Source of the DNA: Octopus sinensis
Taxonomy: Eukaryota
Reading direction: 5' to 3'
Length of the DNA: 64,000 bases
NCBI RefSeq assembly: GCF_006345805.1
Contig: NC_043011.1
Coordinates: forward strand, 9,424,001 to 9,488,000
Part shown: piece by piece, positions 1 to 13,056 of the stretch
Layout of the letters: each line of letters starts with the position of its first letter
How positions within the stretch are numbered: the stretch's first letter is position 1
The notes under the pieces: generated by a model
Told to the model about the DNA's origin: nothing
What the model saw: the letters and a program-made list of their open reading frames with translations, nothing else
The model's database searches: none
Translations under genes and position numbers: made by a program

Positions 1-392
1 GAGGCAGTCTTCAAACTTGCCTATGTGGTTTGGAGCATCCGGTGGGCAATATGTATTGCATATGACTATATTATGTTGTCTTATGTATACAATTAAAGTG
101 TCACATACCGAATTTGAGTATGATCAGTAAGACCTGGGGTGTGAGGTCATCCCGGATGTATACAGCAACTCCACCATGGCTCCTTTCCCTTCTGTCTGTT
201 CGTAGTATGGCATAGTTTGGTACATGTACTTCTGCGTCCTCTATATCAGGGCTGAGGTGAGTTTCCACGAGTTCTATACATAGGGCTTGATTGCATGCAG
301 TAAGATCTCCCAGGAAAGAAATTTTGTTTTTATTTTGATGCAAAAGGTCCCCCAATATTTACTAAAAGTATTAAGGTGACGGCTGTGCAGGC
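1..392 (-). mobile_element. CR1/L2-like LINE ORF2 N-terminus (APE endonuclease fragment), degraded, continues off window start
   Basis: Minus-strand translation gives LILLVNIGG..QNKNKI..LVETHLSPDIEDAEVHVPNYAILRTDRRERSHGGVAVYIRDDL..NIVICNTYCPPD. This matches typical LINE endonuclease motifs (ETHL, R.DR...GGGVAVY). Contains frameshifts. Confidence 0.85.
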
Positions 393-393
393 G

Positions 394-1661
394 ATATATA
401 TATAATATATATATATATTATTACATATATATATATATATATTACATATATATATATATATATATTACATATATTACATATATATATATATATTACATAT
501 ATATATATATATATATTACATTATATTATATAATATATTACATATATTAATATATTATATATATATATATATTACATATATATATATAGTATTACATATA
601 TTACATATATAATATATATTACATATATATAGATATATTACATATATTACATATATAATATATGACATATATAATATATATAATACATATATATATACAT
701 CTATATATAATATATATTACATATATTACATATATATATATATATTATACATATATTATTATATTACAATATATATATATTACATATATATATTATATAT
801 ATTACATATATTACATATATATATTATTAACATATATATATATATATTACATATATATTATATATATTTACATATAGATATATATATATTACATATATAT
901 ATATATATATATTACATATATAATATATATTACTATATATATATATATTACAGATATTACATATATTATATTATATTGACATATATATATATATATATTA
1001 CATATATATATCTATTACATATATTACAATATTAATATATTACATATATTACATATATATAATATATATTACATATAGATATATATATATATATATATAT
1101 TAGTACATAGATATATATATATATATTACATATATATATATATATATATTACATATTTACATATATAATATATTACATATTTACATATATATACTATTAC
1201 ATATATTACATATATATATATATTACATAATTACATATATATATATATACAACATATATTACATATATAGAATATTACATATATTACATATATATATATA
1301 TTACATATATTACATATATATATATATTACATATATAGTATATATAGATGACATATATTATATATTACATATATTACAATATATAGATATGACATATATA
1401 TATATGATATATTACATATATTACAGTATATATATATATATTACGATATTACATATATTACATGATATATATATAGAATATTATTCATATATTACATATA
1501 TATATATAGGACATATAGATATATATAGATACTATATATAGGATACATATATATATATATATATTATTACATAGATAGATATTACATATATATATATATA
1601 TATATATATATAACATATATATATATACATATATATATATTATATATTACATTATATATAT

Positions 1662-1692
<31 letters not shown>

Positions 1693-1803
1693 TACATATA
1701 TATATATATATATATATACAGCATATAATATATATATATATAATATATATTACATATATTAATATATATTACATAATATATATATTACATATATATATTA
1801 CAT
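394..1803. repeat. Long degenerate (TA)n / ATATATTACAT low-complexity satellite
   Basis: About 1.4 kb almost entirely A/T, with recurring TATTACATA. Confidence 0.95.
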
Positions 1804-3358
1804 ATCATCATCTCATCATCATCATCATTTAGCGTCCGGTTTCATGCTAGCATGGGGGGGACGGTTCAACTGGGGTCTGGGGAGCCGAAGGCTGCACCAG
1901 GCCAGTCAGATCTCTGGACAGGTTTTCGACAGCTGGATGCCCTTCCTAACGCCAACCACTCCGAGAGTGTGGGGGGTGATTTTATGTGCCACCGACACAG
2001 GTGCCAGACGAGGCTGGGCGAACGGCCACGCTCGGATGGTGTTTTAGTGTGCCACCGACACAGGTGCCAGACGAGGCTGGCAGACGGCCACGCTCGGATG
2101 GTGTTTTATGTGCCACCGACACAGGGCCAGATGAGGCTGGCGGACGGCCACGATCGGATGGTTTTTGTTACGTCCCCAAAGCACGGAGGCCAGTCTATGG
2201 CGGTACTGGCTACGGCCACGTTCGGATGATTTTCTTTGTGTGTCACCGGCACTGGTACCACAACGATACAAATTCCATTTATGTTCATCTATTTTGATTT
2301 GTTTTGATTTGATTTGATTTGATTTGATTTGATTTGATTTTCACTTGCCTCAACAGGTCTTCACAAGTGTCACAAGAAGGAAGGTATGCATAGGTGGACT
2401 GTCTACGAGTCGCGGTCTTCGATGGTGTCTTTATGTGCCACCGACACAGGTGCCAGATTGGCTGGCGAACGGCCACGATCGGATGGTTTTCTTGTGTGCC
2501 ACCGGTACTGGAACCACAAAGATACAAATTCCCATTGATGTTCATCTATTTTGATTTGGTTTATTTCACTTGCCTCAACAGGTCTTCACAAGTGTCACGC
2601 GTGTCACACACTTGCTCAACAGGTCTCCACAAGTGTCACACACTTGCCTCTGCCTCAACAGGTCTTCACAAAGTGTCAACACACTTGCCTCTGCCTCAAC
2701 AGGTCTTCACAAGTGTCATAAGAGGGAAGGTAAGCACAGGTGGACTGACTACGTCGCCGGGTCTTTGGATGGTGGTGGTGTTTTTTTGTGCCACCGACAC
2801 AGGGTGCCAGGTGAGGCTGGCGAACGGCCACGATCAAGGGTGTTTTGTTGTGCCCACAGCACGGAGGCCAGTCGACGGCCACGTTCGGATGGTTTTCTTG
2901 TGTGCCACCACCGGTTACTGGAACCACAAATTACAATCCATTGATATTCATCTATTTTGATTTGTTTGATTTTCACTTGCCTCAACAGGTCTCTTCACAA
3001 GGGTCACACACTTGCTCAACAGGTCTCCACAAGTGTCACACACTTCCTCTGCCTCTGCCTCAAGGTCTTCACAAGTGTCACACACTTGCCTCAACAGTCT
3101 TCACAAGTGTCATAAGAGGGAAGGTATGCACAGGTGGACTGACTACGTCGCCGGGTCTTCGATGGTGTCTTTATGTGCCACCGCACAGGTGCCAGATGAG
3201 GCTGGCGAACGGCCACGATCGGATGGTGTGTGTTGTGCCCACAGCACGGAGGCCAGTCGATGCGGTACTGGTTACGGCCACGTTTGGGTGGTTTTCTTGT
3301 GTGCCACCGGCACTGGTACCACAAAGAATACAATCCACTGATGTTCATCTATTTTGAT
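1802..3358 (-). mobile_element. RTE-related SINE with (GAT)n tail plus tandem array of internal units (array 1)
   Basis: Starts catcatc..tttagcgtccggtttcatgctagcatgg (tail on minus strand) and contains gatgcccttcctaacgccaaccactccgagagtg. Followed by ~60-bp modules and three larger units starting tcacttgcctcaacagg at ~2341, ~2566 and ~2972. Confidence 0.85.
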
Positions 3359-3635
3359 TATATATATATAGTATATATTATATATATATAGATATATAGA
3401 TATTATATATATATATATATATTTATATAGATATATATATATATATAATATAAAATATATATTATATATATATAATATATAATATAAAGTATATATATAA
3501 TATATAATATATAGATATAATATAAGATATATATATAATATTATAATAATATATATATATATATATAATAATATATATATAGATAATATATATATATATC
3601 ATATAAATATATTATATATATATAATATATATAAT

Positions 3636-3672
<37 letters not shown>

Positions 3673-3753
3673 TATATATATAGTATATATATAGATATAT
3701 ATAATATATATATATATTATATATATATTATATTACTTATATAATATATATAA
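3359..3753. repeat. (TA)n-rich microsatellite
   Basis: Nearly pure A/T dinucleotide repeat. Confidence 0.95.
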
Positions 3754-5372
3754 CACAATTCAGCAGTAGGCCCCGATAGGTTCCCTGCTTGTGTCCTGAA
3801 GGTGTGTCGACACCAACTTGCATCTCCCCTGCTAATCTGTGGAGAAACTCACTGGATGCTGGCTATATTCCAAAAACCTTCTGTCCAGTCTGTTGTCCCA
3901 GTTTTCAAAAAGGGAAACAAGTCCCTTGCAGTGAATTACCGTCCGATCTCACTCACCTCACATATCATCAAGGTATTTGAGAGGGTGGTGAGATCTTGAA
4001 TAACCCAATTTCCTGGAAGCAACAGACGGCTGATCTCCAACCAAATGGGTTCCGTAATGGAAGGGACTGCCTAACGCAGCTCCTGCATCACTTGAGGACA
4101 TTTTGAGAGCTTTGGGGAGAGGGCTCCAACACCGATGTCATCTACCTGATTTCAGTCAGTAGGCCTTCGACAGGGTCGATCACAAGATCCTATTGAAAAA
4201 AACTATCCAAATTGGTGTCTCTGGAAAGTTACTGAAATGGATAAGTGTTTCCTGACAGACAGATCTCAACATGTTGTAGTTGAAGGGGTACAATCAAGCC
4301 CAGCCAGCCACACAGTCGTAGTGGCATCCGCAAGGCACTGTGCGGGCCCACTTCTTTTCATCATTTACATTAATGACATTAATGACATCAACAAGCACAG
4401 CAACATAAAAATCTTTGCAGATGACTCCAAGTACAGAAGGTCATAAATGAGGCGAGTGACCGGACATGCCTTCAATCAGATCTACTGGCTGTTATCCAAT
4501 GGCAGTAAAAAACAATATGCTGGAACGAGGATAAATTTGAGCTAATCCACTTTGGAAAAGAGGATGCCCTGAAACTCCCATACTCCCTTCCTCAGATGAA
4601 ACTCTCACAGTGTCCAACAACATCAGAGACTTGGGAGTAATGTGGGCAACAACATAACTGGGCCACTCATATAAACACCAAAGTTGACATGGCCCGCAGA
4701 ATGTGTTTCCTGGATTCTCAGAACTTTCAGTCGAGAGATATCCACACCATTATCCTTCTCTTCTCCACTTTTCCCGACCCCACCTTGAATACTGTGGTCC
4801 ACTGTGGTCTCCCACACAATACAAGGTATAATAAAAGTTGAAGCACCTCAAAGGGCATCACAAAAAAGATAGATGGCATGACAGGCCTCGACTATTGGGG
4901 TCGACTAGAAAAGCTAAAAACTCTATTCTCTCCAACGTCGTCGTGAGCGCTACATCATCATGAATGATGTGGAAAATTTTCCATCAGCATTGCCCAAATG
5001 ATGTTGGCATCCCTTTAAGGTACATCCAGGCTTGGGCCCCGTGCCATCCGCCCAACCAAACAAAATCGCACTCTCATCTCATAACAACATACGGCACAAT
5101 TATTTCACCTCAATGGCCCCGCTCTCTTTAACATTACACCAAAACACATTAAAACAGAAACTGACCCTATAGGGTTCAAGAAGTCTTTGGACAGATTCCT
5201 CAAGAAATCCCAGATAAACCCCCTACACCCGGATATGTCTCTGTAACAATAACTCTCTACTGATGGGGGGCCATAGTGCCCAAATTCTGACTTGAAAGAC
5301 TTCACCAGGGTTGCTATTAAGTTAGACATGGCCTGGGCCAATAATGGCCGAAACCTGTCAAAGTGTCAAAGT
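3754..5372 (+). mobile_element. CR1/L2-like LINE 3' half (reverse transcriptase and 3' end), frameshifted
   Basis: Translated pieces: GPDRFPACVL; VVPVFKKGNKSLAVNYRPISLTSHIIKVFERVV; GFRNGRDCLTQLLH; DVIYLDF..AFDRVDHKILLKK; FLTDRSQHVVVEG; GPLLFIIYINDI; KIFADDSK. Ends in a short gtcaaagt repeat before the TA tract. Confidence 0.93.
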
Positions 5373-5577
5373 ATATATATATATATAATATATATATATA
5401 TATCTTATATATATATATATATATATATAATTATATAGATATAATATATATATATAATATATATTACATATATATTACATATATTATATATATATATATT
5501 ACACACACACATATATATATATTACACCACACAACACATATATATATATTACACCCACACATATATAATATATATAT

Positions 5578-5621
<44 letters not shown>

Positions 5622-5630
5622 TACATATAT
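5373..5630. repeat. (TA)n/(CA)n microsatellite
   Basis: Direct reading. Confidence 0.95.
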
Positions 5631-8600
5631 ATATGTCAATCTCGCTACATACATATACACATACAAGAACACTCTTATAATTGAATATGTCATTTTCCAT
5701 GCTACATAATCAGTTGTTCAATTAACTGAATTATCTATTTATTGATTGGAAGTGGTTGAGTATTCCAAAGACTCCTATTCTGAACATATTCCTTACTTCC
5801 AATCAGTGCAACCCAGGCTGGGTCAAAGTCTTCCTACATACAAACACTATAGAATCTTACTCAGATAGTTCTATACAGCACAAGCTGTACAGTGGGATTG
5901 AACCTGCTGCTGCATCCATTACACACATCCCTAATTAGGGTAATTAATCTAGATAAGAAATACAACAATTGTTGCAGGGACTGCATTGGGTCATAATATA
6001 AATGGTAGGATAGAATACAGTCTCCAGTCAACTTTCATCTAACTAACACCTTGAATCCAGCTTGTCTTTGCTTCAACATGTTCTACTTTACTAAGATTGC
6101 AGTATGTGATTTGAGGAAGATTTGGCTGCTATTTCTATAAAATCTGGAGATTGTGAAGAAGTTCCCTTGTTGATTTATAATATATAGACGTATAAATAGC
6201 AGCAAACGAGTAGGGTGTAAAGGACATTAACATTGTATACTGATGTAAACTGACTTCAAGATGTTGTGGGGTTTGTTGAAGGAAAATATTGGAAATTCAC
6301 ATAAAAAAAGTAGAGATCATGTCTTTGTTTACTAAATATGACATCTGGTTTCCTCCTCATCATCATCATCATTGAACGTCCAGTTTCCATGCTGGCATCG
6401 GTTATGGTTACTAAACATGAAATATGGTTGTAGTATGATGACAGTATGAAAAAACTTCAGCATCATCAATGCTATGGATGGAGGAAACTGATGAAGAATC
6501 AAGAATATTAAAAGTATAAGAAAACAATTTAGACTCTAAGAAACAAAAGATTGGTTAATGCAATGATAAGTTTATCATTATTGGTGGTAGAAGTTATTCC
6601 ATAGATGAAAACTAATCTAACCCCTTGGTGATGTTGTGTTACAATGGGCAGCATCTCAAGTAAGGAATCAAAGAGAAGGACAAGAACTGTTGATTGGTCA
6701 TTTCTACAGATTTTGTAAAGAAAAAAACTTGAAAAAAAAATCAGTTTGTTATCTGAAGAATGAATAGAAAACATTGATTGGAATGATTGTTGAAAGACAT
6801 AATGAATGTAATTGGGAAATTATCCGTAGTTGGGTGAAGTAATAAGAATAAATGATGGTGTTGCAGAGACGTCACACTGGCCTAGAGGTAGGTAGGGTTT
6901 ACAGACTGAGGATCAGGTTGGAGAATTAGAAAGAAATTCTGTTTGGATTTTGAATAACACCTGTGTAAATCCATTGCGTGGAAGGAAAAGATGGAATGAT
7001 GTGAAGTGGAGGAAATGACTAGAATTAAAAAATGGGAAAGTTAAGCAACAATGCTGAATAATTATATTGATGACTGGAATGATAAGTCTTTCAATCAACA
7101 AATGGAATTTGATTGTTGTAAAGGAATAAGAAACTCTTGGCACCCTGGTATCTGTTTGGTTCACTGTGGCTGCTTCAATTATAAACAATGATGTTGATGG
7201 CATTTTACCATGAAATAGTGTGGAGATGAAAAATAAATGGTAAACCGAAGCCAATGATATTGATTTGTTTTATCCTGGAAAAATGGACAGAGTAGATCCT
7301 GCTGGGATTCTGATTGGAAACAGAGAGATATGAGATTATTAACATTGGTAAAGTCTGGTGCTCTACCAATTCTAATGTTGGACTGGCAGCAGTAGTGATA
7401 GTGGTGGTAGTAGCAGCAGCTGTAGTGGTGGTAGTTCTAGTAGATGGGAGAATGTGACAAAATAGAAAAATATTCATTCAAAAAATAATATCAAAAAGTG
7501 TTAAAGAAAATTAATAAAGTACCAACAAAGAAACAAAGATGATGGCATGCAGATATTTTCTCAGTGAAGCATAAAATGGAAGGAGAAAGTTTTTAGGAAA
7601 TGAAAGTATAAACATAAACAAACGGTAAAGGGAAGACAAATCTTGTGAACTCGTATGTCTAGAATTTCTCGACTGTAAACGATTTACATTTTGGCTTTAG
7701 ATTTCCTTCTGTACCGTTTTGCTGGCTTTATTATTTCATTCTCCTTCTAAAGGACACAGCTGATTTAAGTTTAAATATTTTGTTTAAATATGAGAATATA
7801 AAGACATTGCAAGTAAGAAGTTGCAACTGTATCCAAATCGCAAAGGGAAGCCAATTGTTAGTTTATAGTTATTACTGTCCTAAAAACATGTCACACAGTT
7901 GGATTAAATTTTTTTTCTTTACAGTTAATCAAAGGGATAGACTAATTAGATAACGAACGACATTGTTTAGTGGCATGTCAGTGAGTGAGGCTACCACATT
8001 GTCTTGTGGTGTGTTTGTGGCAATACCTACCATTGTTACTGAGAACGTTGCTTGAAGTGAAATGGACTTTTAACTGAGGAAACATTTCTCTTATTTGTAT
8101 TAATGCTATTGAAACACTGAAATGGTGATTATCAAAGGCCAGTTTCAAATGAATTGACTTTCTTTCAAAGATGCTGTATTTGCAATTGTAACAAGCAAAG
8201 GTTGATGATATTGTTTCAATATCTAGTCTAGACATTTCATTTATCAATCTGAGAAAGAACTAAACGCATAATGCTGATATTGTAGAGACGTTTTATAAGA
8301 GATACAGCATCTGATGCTTTGATTGCATTTATTTCACCTCTGTGGGTGGATGGGTGGGTATGAGTGAAAATACATATTTCTTCAGTTTTCTTTCTTTGAA
8401 AAGACCAGGAATGCTAGTGGGGGTTGCAGTGGTGGCTGAAAGGTCAAGTGTATTTAAACAACCTGAGAATAAGGACATTATTAAGGTTGTTAAGAATAGT
8501 TGATTAAAAGGTCAAAAATCTGTTGGGTGGAAATACACACACACACACACATTTATCTATATATATAATGGCATATGCACAATAATGAGGGCTTAGGGCA

Positions 8601-9787
8601 GATTGTGGTCAAAGTACATTGTTGTCTTGTAGTGAAACATGGCCACCACCAAATGTAGAGGATATGTAAAGTTGGGCAGAAACAAAACGAGCATTTTTCT
8701 CTGGCTTAGAACAGCAACACCTGTTCTTCTCCAACTGAGCTTCAAAGGTAGTTTCATGTGTGGCTCAAGAGAGTCTAAACACCCAGTCTTCAGTAACATG
8801 GCATAGTTAATGGTTTCTAACATAGCACACACCACCACCACCACCACCACTTCTACTGTTACTACTACTACTACTGCTTCTACTATCAGCTTGTTTACTG
8901 CTACCACTGCCACTATGACCCACACCTGACACAGTTAATGTAAAACATTTCATGAACATATTGGATATATGAAAACGGATAAACATCACAACATCGTTTC
9001 TTTCCATCAATAAAACTGAACATTTCATTACTGTAATAGAAATGGTGTTGGTAGTAGTAGCGGTAGTAGCTGTAGTTGTTGTTATTGCTCATGCTATTGT
9101 CCTCATACACTCTGATGTCTGTGTATGTGTGTGGTACAGAAATTCCATAAAGGAAATGAAAATTGTATTGAATTGCAATATTTATGAGTCTGTTGCTTTC
9201 TAGGCAAACAACAACAACAACAACAAATATCTATTAATAATAATAATAACAATAATATTTTTTCAATTCACCCATCATATTTCAGCTTTAAATTTTGATA
9301 AAAGCCTGACTTTAGCTGATATTACTAAATAATGGGTTTATCTCTTTACTCCGATTGTCCATATAATGGTAATTTCAGACATGGAATGGTTTATATGCTG
9401 TGATTGTCTGTAAACCAGAAATATATGATGAGCAGTGAAACTGTGCGGTTCCAAAAGAGTGAAGCCATTCTGCTATGGTAATATTGCATCACAGAAGATA
9501 TTGAGGAAATGGTGTTCTTTAAGGGGGGTTTTTGGCTGTTCTAACAGAGTCACATGACCATCAGGGTCTGAGGTGAAACTGCATCAGTTTTTTAATATTT
9601 GTTTTGACAAAAATAACTCATAATGCAAAAGCAGCCATAAACATAGTGAAATTGTCACATGTAAAGTGGGGGCTATGCCTGTCACATGTGGTGGTGGTTG
9701 TGGGGCTGTCACATGGGGAGTGTCGCTTAATGTTTGGACTTCACAACACTTTACTTGTTTTCATATATGTTTTATTTATATATCGGT

Positions 9788-10200
9788 GCAGGAGTGGCTG
9801 TGTGGTAAGTAGCTTGCTAACCAACCACATGGTTCCGGGTTCAGTCCCACTGCGTGGCATCTTGGGCAAGTGTCTTCTGCTATAGCCCCGGGCCGACCAA
9901 TGCCTTGTGAGTGGATTTGGTAGACGGAAACTGAAAGAAGCCTGTCGTATATATGTATATATATATGTATGTGTGTGCATATGTTTGTGTGTCTGTGTTT
10001 GTCCCCCTAGCATTGCTTGACAACCGATGCTGATGTGTTTACGTCTCCATCACTTAGCGGTTTGGCAAAAGACTGATAGAATAAGTACTGGGCTTACAAA
10101 GAATAAGTCCTGGGGTCGATTTGCTTGACTAAAGGCGGTGCTCCAGTATGGCCGCAGTCAAATGACTGAAACAAGTAAAAGAGTAAAAGAGTAAAAGAGA
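9788..10200 (+). mobile_element. tRNA-derived SINE with CORE-like centre, near full length
   Basis: Head ggagtggctgtgtggtaag (A-box-like) and gggttcagtccc (B-box-like), then gtggcatcttgggcaagtg (CORE-like), an internal TA/TG tract and a (gtaaaaga)n tail. Partial copies occur elsewhere in the window. Confidence 0.85.
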
Positions 10201-12806
10201 TACCTTAGAAAAAAAAAAGTACCTCTTTTACTTTTGGTGAATGTCTGTGCAGATCGCTTTCTTCTTCTATTACTACTACTACTACTATTACTACTACTAC
10301 TACTACTACTACTACTTCCACTCCAGCAGTTCACTAACTATTTCAATGTATTTCTATGTCTTTATATTGTATGTGTGCTTCTGTGTGTGTTTGTATGCAT
10401 GTATTTGAGTACTTAGTGGTGTGTGTCTGTGATTAGATTTGCCTGTTTAAACTCTTGTTTTCCCTTATTCTGCTTTTGTTACGTACATACATATGTGCAC
10501 ATAAACATGTCACCTTACACCATGCTTCATATCTCATCATGTTTCAAGAAAGCTGGTTATTCTTTCCCCCTCTACGACTGACAAACCTCCACAACCTGTC
10601 CAAGATTTTATTTTTCCCTCTAAAAGATTTTTAACTGCATTAAACTTATCATTTGCTGCTGCTGGATCATAGTAAAGAAGGGGTTACAATCAGGGGTGGA
10701 GATTGCTTCTCCCTCATGGATTTGATAACAAAATGTTGAGGCAGATTTCATAGACTGCAAAGACTCTTGAACCAGCGCTCACGAGGACAACACAGTCCAG
10801 TCTCAAGAGCTGCTTATACTCAGAGGATTTAGATTTAATTAAGATTAAAAAGATCTCTAGCTATGTTTATTGACTGATCTGAAAATGGTGAAGCAATATT
10901 CCAATTTGGAAGGGCTTGGAAAGGACCATTAGGCCTGTGAATCTTTTGAAGGAGGTCAATTTGGGGGAGTGTTTATTGACCCCACATAAATTACATATCT
11001 GCTGACATGTAGTGTGTGTATGTGTATATAAATGCATGTGTGTGTCACATGTTGACATGTAGTATACATGTCACCTATTGACTTAATATAGTATATATTT
11101 GTTGATGTGTAGTGCGTGTGTGTGTCAGCCCCGTGCTGACATGGTATATATGTTGTATGTTGACAATAATGGTTTTTATCATATTCTAATATGAAACAAA
11201 TTACCAACCGACCGACTGACCAGCTGCAATAAATTTAGTTTATTAAAAAACAAAAATATATAAAAATAAAAACACAAAGGAAGGTTATGAATGCAACAAC
11301 TGATCTACATCTGATGACACATGCTTGCAAAGGGTTAAAGAGCATGCATGACAACACATAGGATTGAAACCCTGATGGCACTTAGAACAATGCAAGAAGG
11401 TTTATTGCTAAGCTGACTAAGAAGCTTTCCCATATGACAGCAAACTTTATTATTATTATTATTATTATTATGAGGATGGATGGCAGAATGGTGGATGCTT
11501 GACAGAATGATTTGCAGTACTTGGTTGGGTCTCTTTAAATTCTGATTTCAGATATAAGTTTGAACCGTTGTCCTTCATCCTTCAATACTCTCTGTAGAAG
11601 TTTGCATTATTTCGTTAGGGTGAATGGAAGAAGGATTTTAAAAAAATAATACAACCCCCCGCCCATATAAATCCATTCAGTTACATTTGCTTCTGTTTGA
11701 AGAGTTTCCAGCCCAAATAATGTAAAGAAAATTCCCACTCGATAATTGAACTGTGAAAGATGGTTTATAGGATTCAGTAGCATTGTGGTTCATTAAGAAC
11801 TGGAAGTCTGAGAGTCTTAGATGCTCTTGTAACCAAATATCATTATTTGTCATCATTCATTAACACCACTTTCCATGCTATAAGGGGTGAGAGCATGAGG
11901 CAATGCCCTCCTACACTGACCAGGGCAAAGGTCATTTGGAGACAATGTCCTCCTACACTGGCCAGGGCAAAGGTCATTTTTGATTATTGTGTTTTGTGAG
12001 GTGTAGACAAATATTTCCTTACAAGTGGTAAAAAGTTTGAAAGTAATAATAATTATAAATTTATGATTAAAATATTTGAGTCACTTTGTTCTGAGTGATG
12101 GAGAAAGTTTTTGGGCTGTTTCAAAAACTGAAAGATAATGTTTCACAGACTAATATATTGTTATGCTAGATAATTTATTTTAATGATAAGAGATGGAGAA
12201 AGAAAGTGTCTTTTATTGATGAAAATGAGCTGGAATTTGTTGATCTTTGAGTTAACACTAAAGAGTCAACCTAGATCCATTCCTGTCTACATACAGAAAC
12301 TACCAACAAAAGGGCAGAGTTTAGTGACAACTCATCAGGAACTCTCCACCAATATGTGGGCTTTGTAGTATTGCATGTTGGTTTAACTAGATACCACTTC
12401 TGCAACAGTCATCTTAAATGTTTGAGTCAAATATTCCCTTTTAAATTTCCAGTTGTATTCTTTAAAATCCTATTTGTGATATCACTAGTTAACCCTGAAA
12501 AACAGACTATTATTATCAGTATGGCAGCATTTCTGGGCAACTGGAGACATGATGGAGTTGAAGAGTCCTTAGTAAAGAGATGTTAAATAGTCACCACTGA
12601 TAGAACTGTTTGCTATAGTAATAGTAGTGGGGGGGATGAGGAGGATGAGGAGGGGGCAGTGAAAATAAACGCAAACCCAAACATGCAGCAAAATAAAAAT
12701 GAAACAAAAAATTAACAATGAACTGGCACCAGACTATATAGCTACTGCTAGACTGGGTAGGGGTCACTGCTGCCGGTGAAAGGCTGCAGGTGAATAGGAT
12801 GATTAC

Positions 12807-12860
12807 CTCACACCGAGCCGGAACATATCTGTAACTAGGTACAGTCCGTTGTGCTTCTTT
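12807..12860 (-). CDS. CASK: CASK exon, PDZ end / PDZ-SH3 linker, copy B (KEAQRTVPSYRYVPARCE), phase 0-0
   Basis: Acceptor tttctgtcattccag, donor GAG|gtaatc, 54 nt. VPSYR....CE matches the CASK exon that follows ...LQKML (recalled as [23 protein letters not shown] in human). Confidence 0.8.
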
Positions 12861-12960
12861 CTGGAATGACAGAAATTGACAAGAAAGGTGCTTCAGAGAA
12901 AAGGGAAGTGAACAAGAAAATAAAGAGGATATAAGCAGTCTCAGATAAGGAATAACATAC

Positions 12961-13056
12961 CTCTTTGGGGTTCAAACTCTGGTCGAATTTGTCACTGAAG
13001 TACCAGGAGGAAGCTGATGGGACAACATTGAAGCTGACGGGGCCTTGTAGAGATTT
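12961..13056 (-). CDS. CASK: CASK exon, PDZ terminal strand, copy A (KSLQGPVSFNVVPSASSWYFSDKFDQSLNPKE), phase 0-0
   Basis: Strong acceptor ttatttttctattttgtcag, donor GAG|gtatgt, 96 nt with an open frame. K..QGPVSFNVVPS aligns with the CASK [12 protein letters not shown] strand. Confidence 0.7.

Noticed and set aside
662-877. ORF-track entries rich in Y/I/H/T/C/V (also 5363-5700, 27577-27984, 41183-41490 and others)
   Set aside because: Translations of TA/CA/TG microsatellites.
1844-3357. Overlapping 100-190 aa ORFs in the arrays (also 27865-29885)
   Set aside because: Open in several frames on both strands because the repeat is GC-rich and stop-poor. No domain similarity.
8031-8248. 218-nt AG/GT-bounded open segment downstream of exon B
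   Set aside because: Phase 2-1 does not fit, and there is no SH3 similarity.
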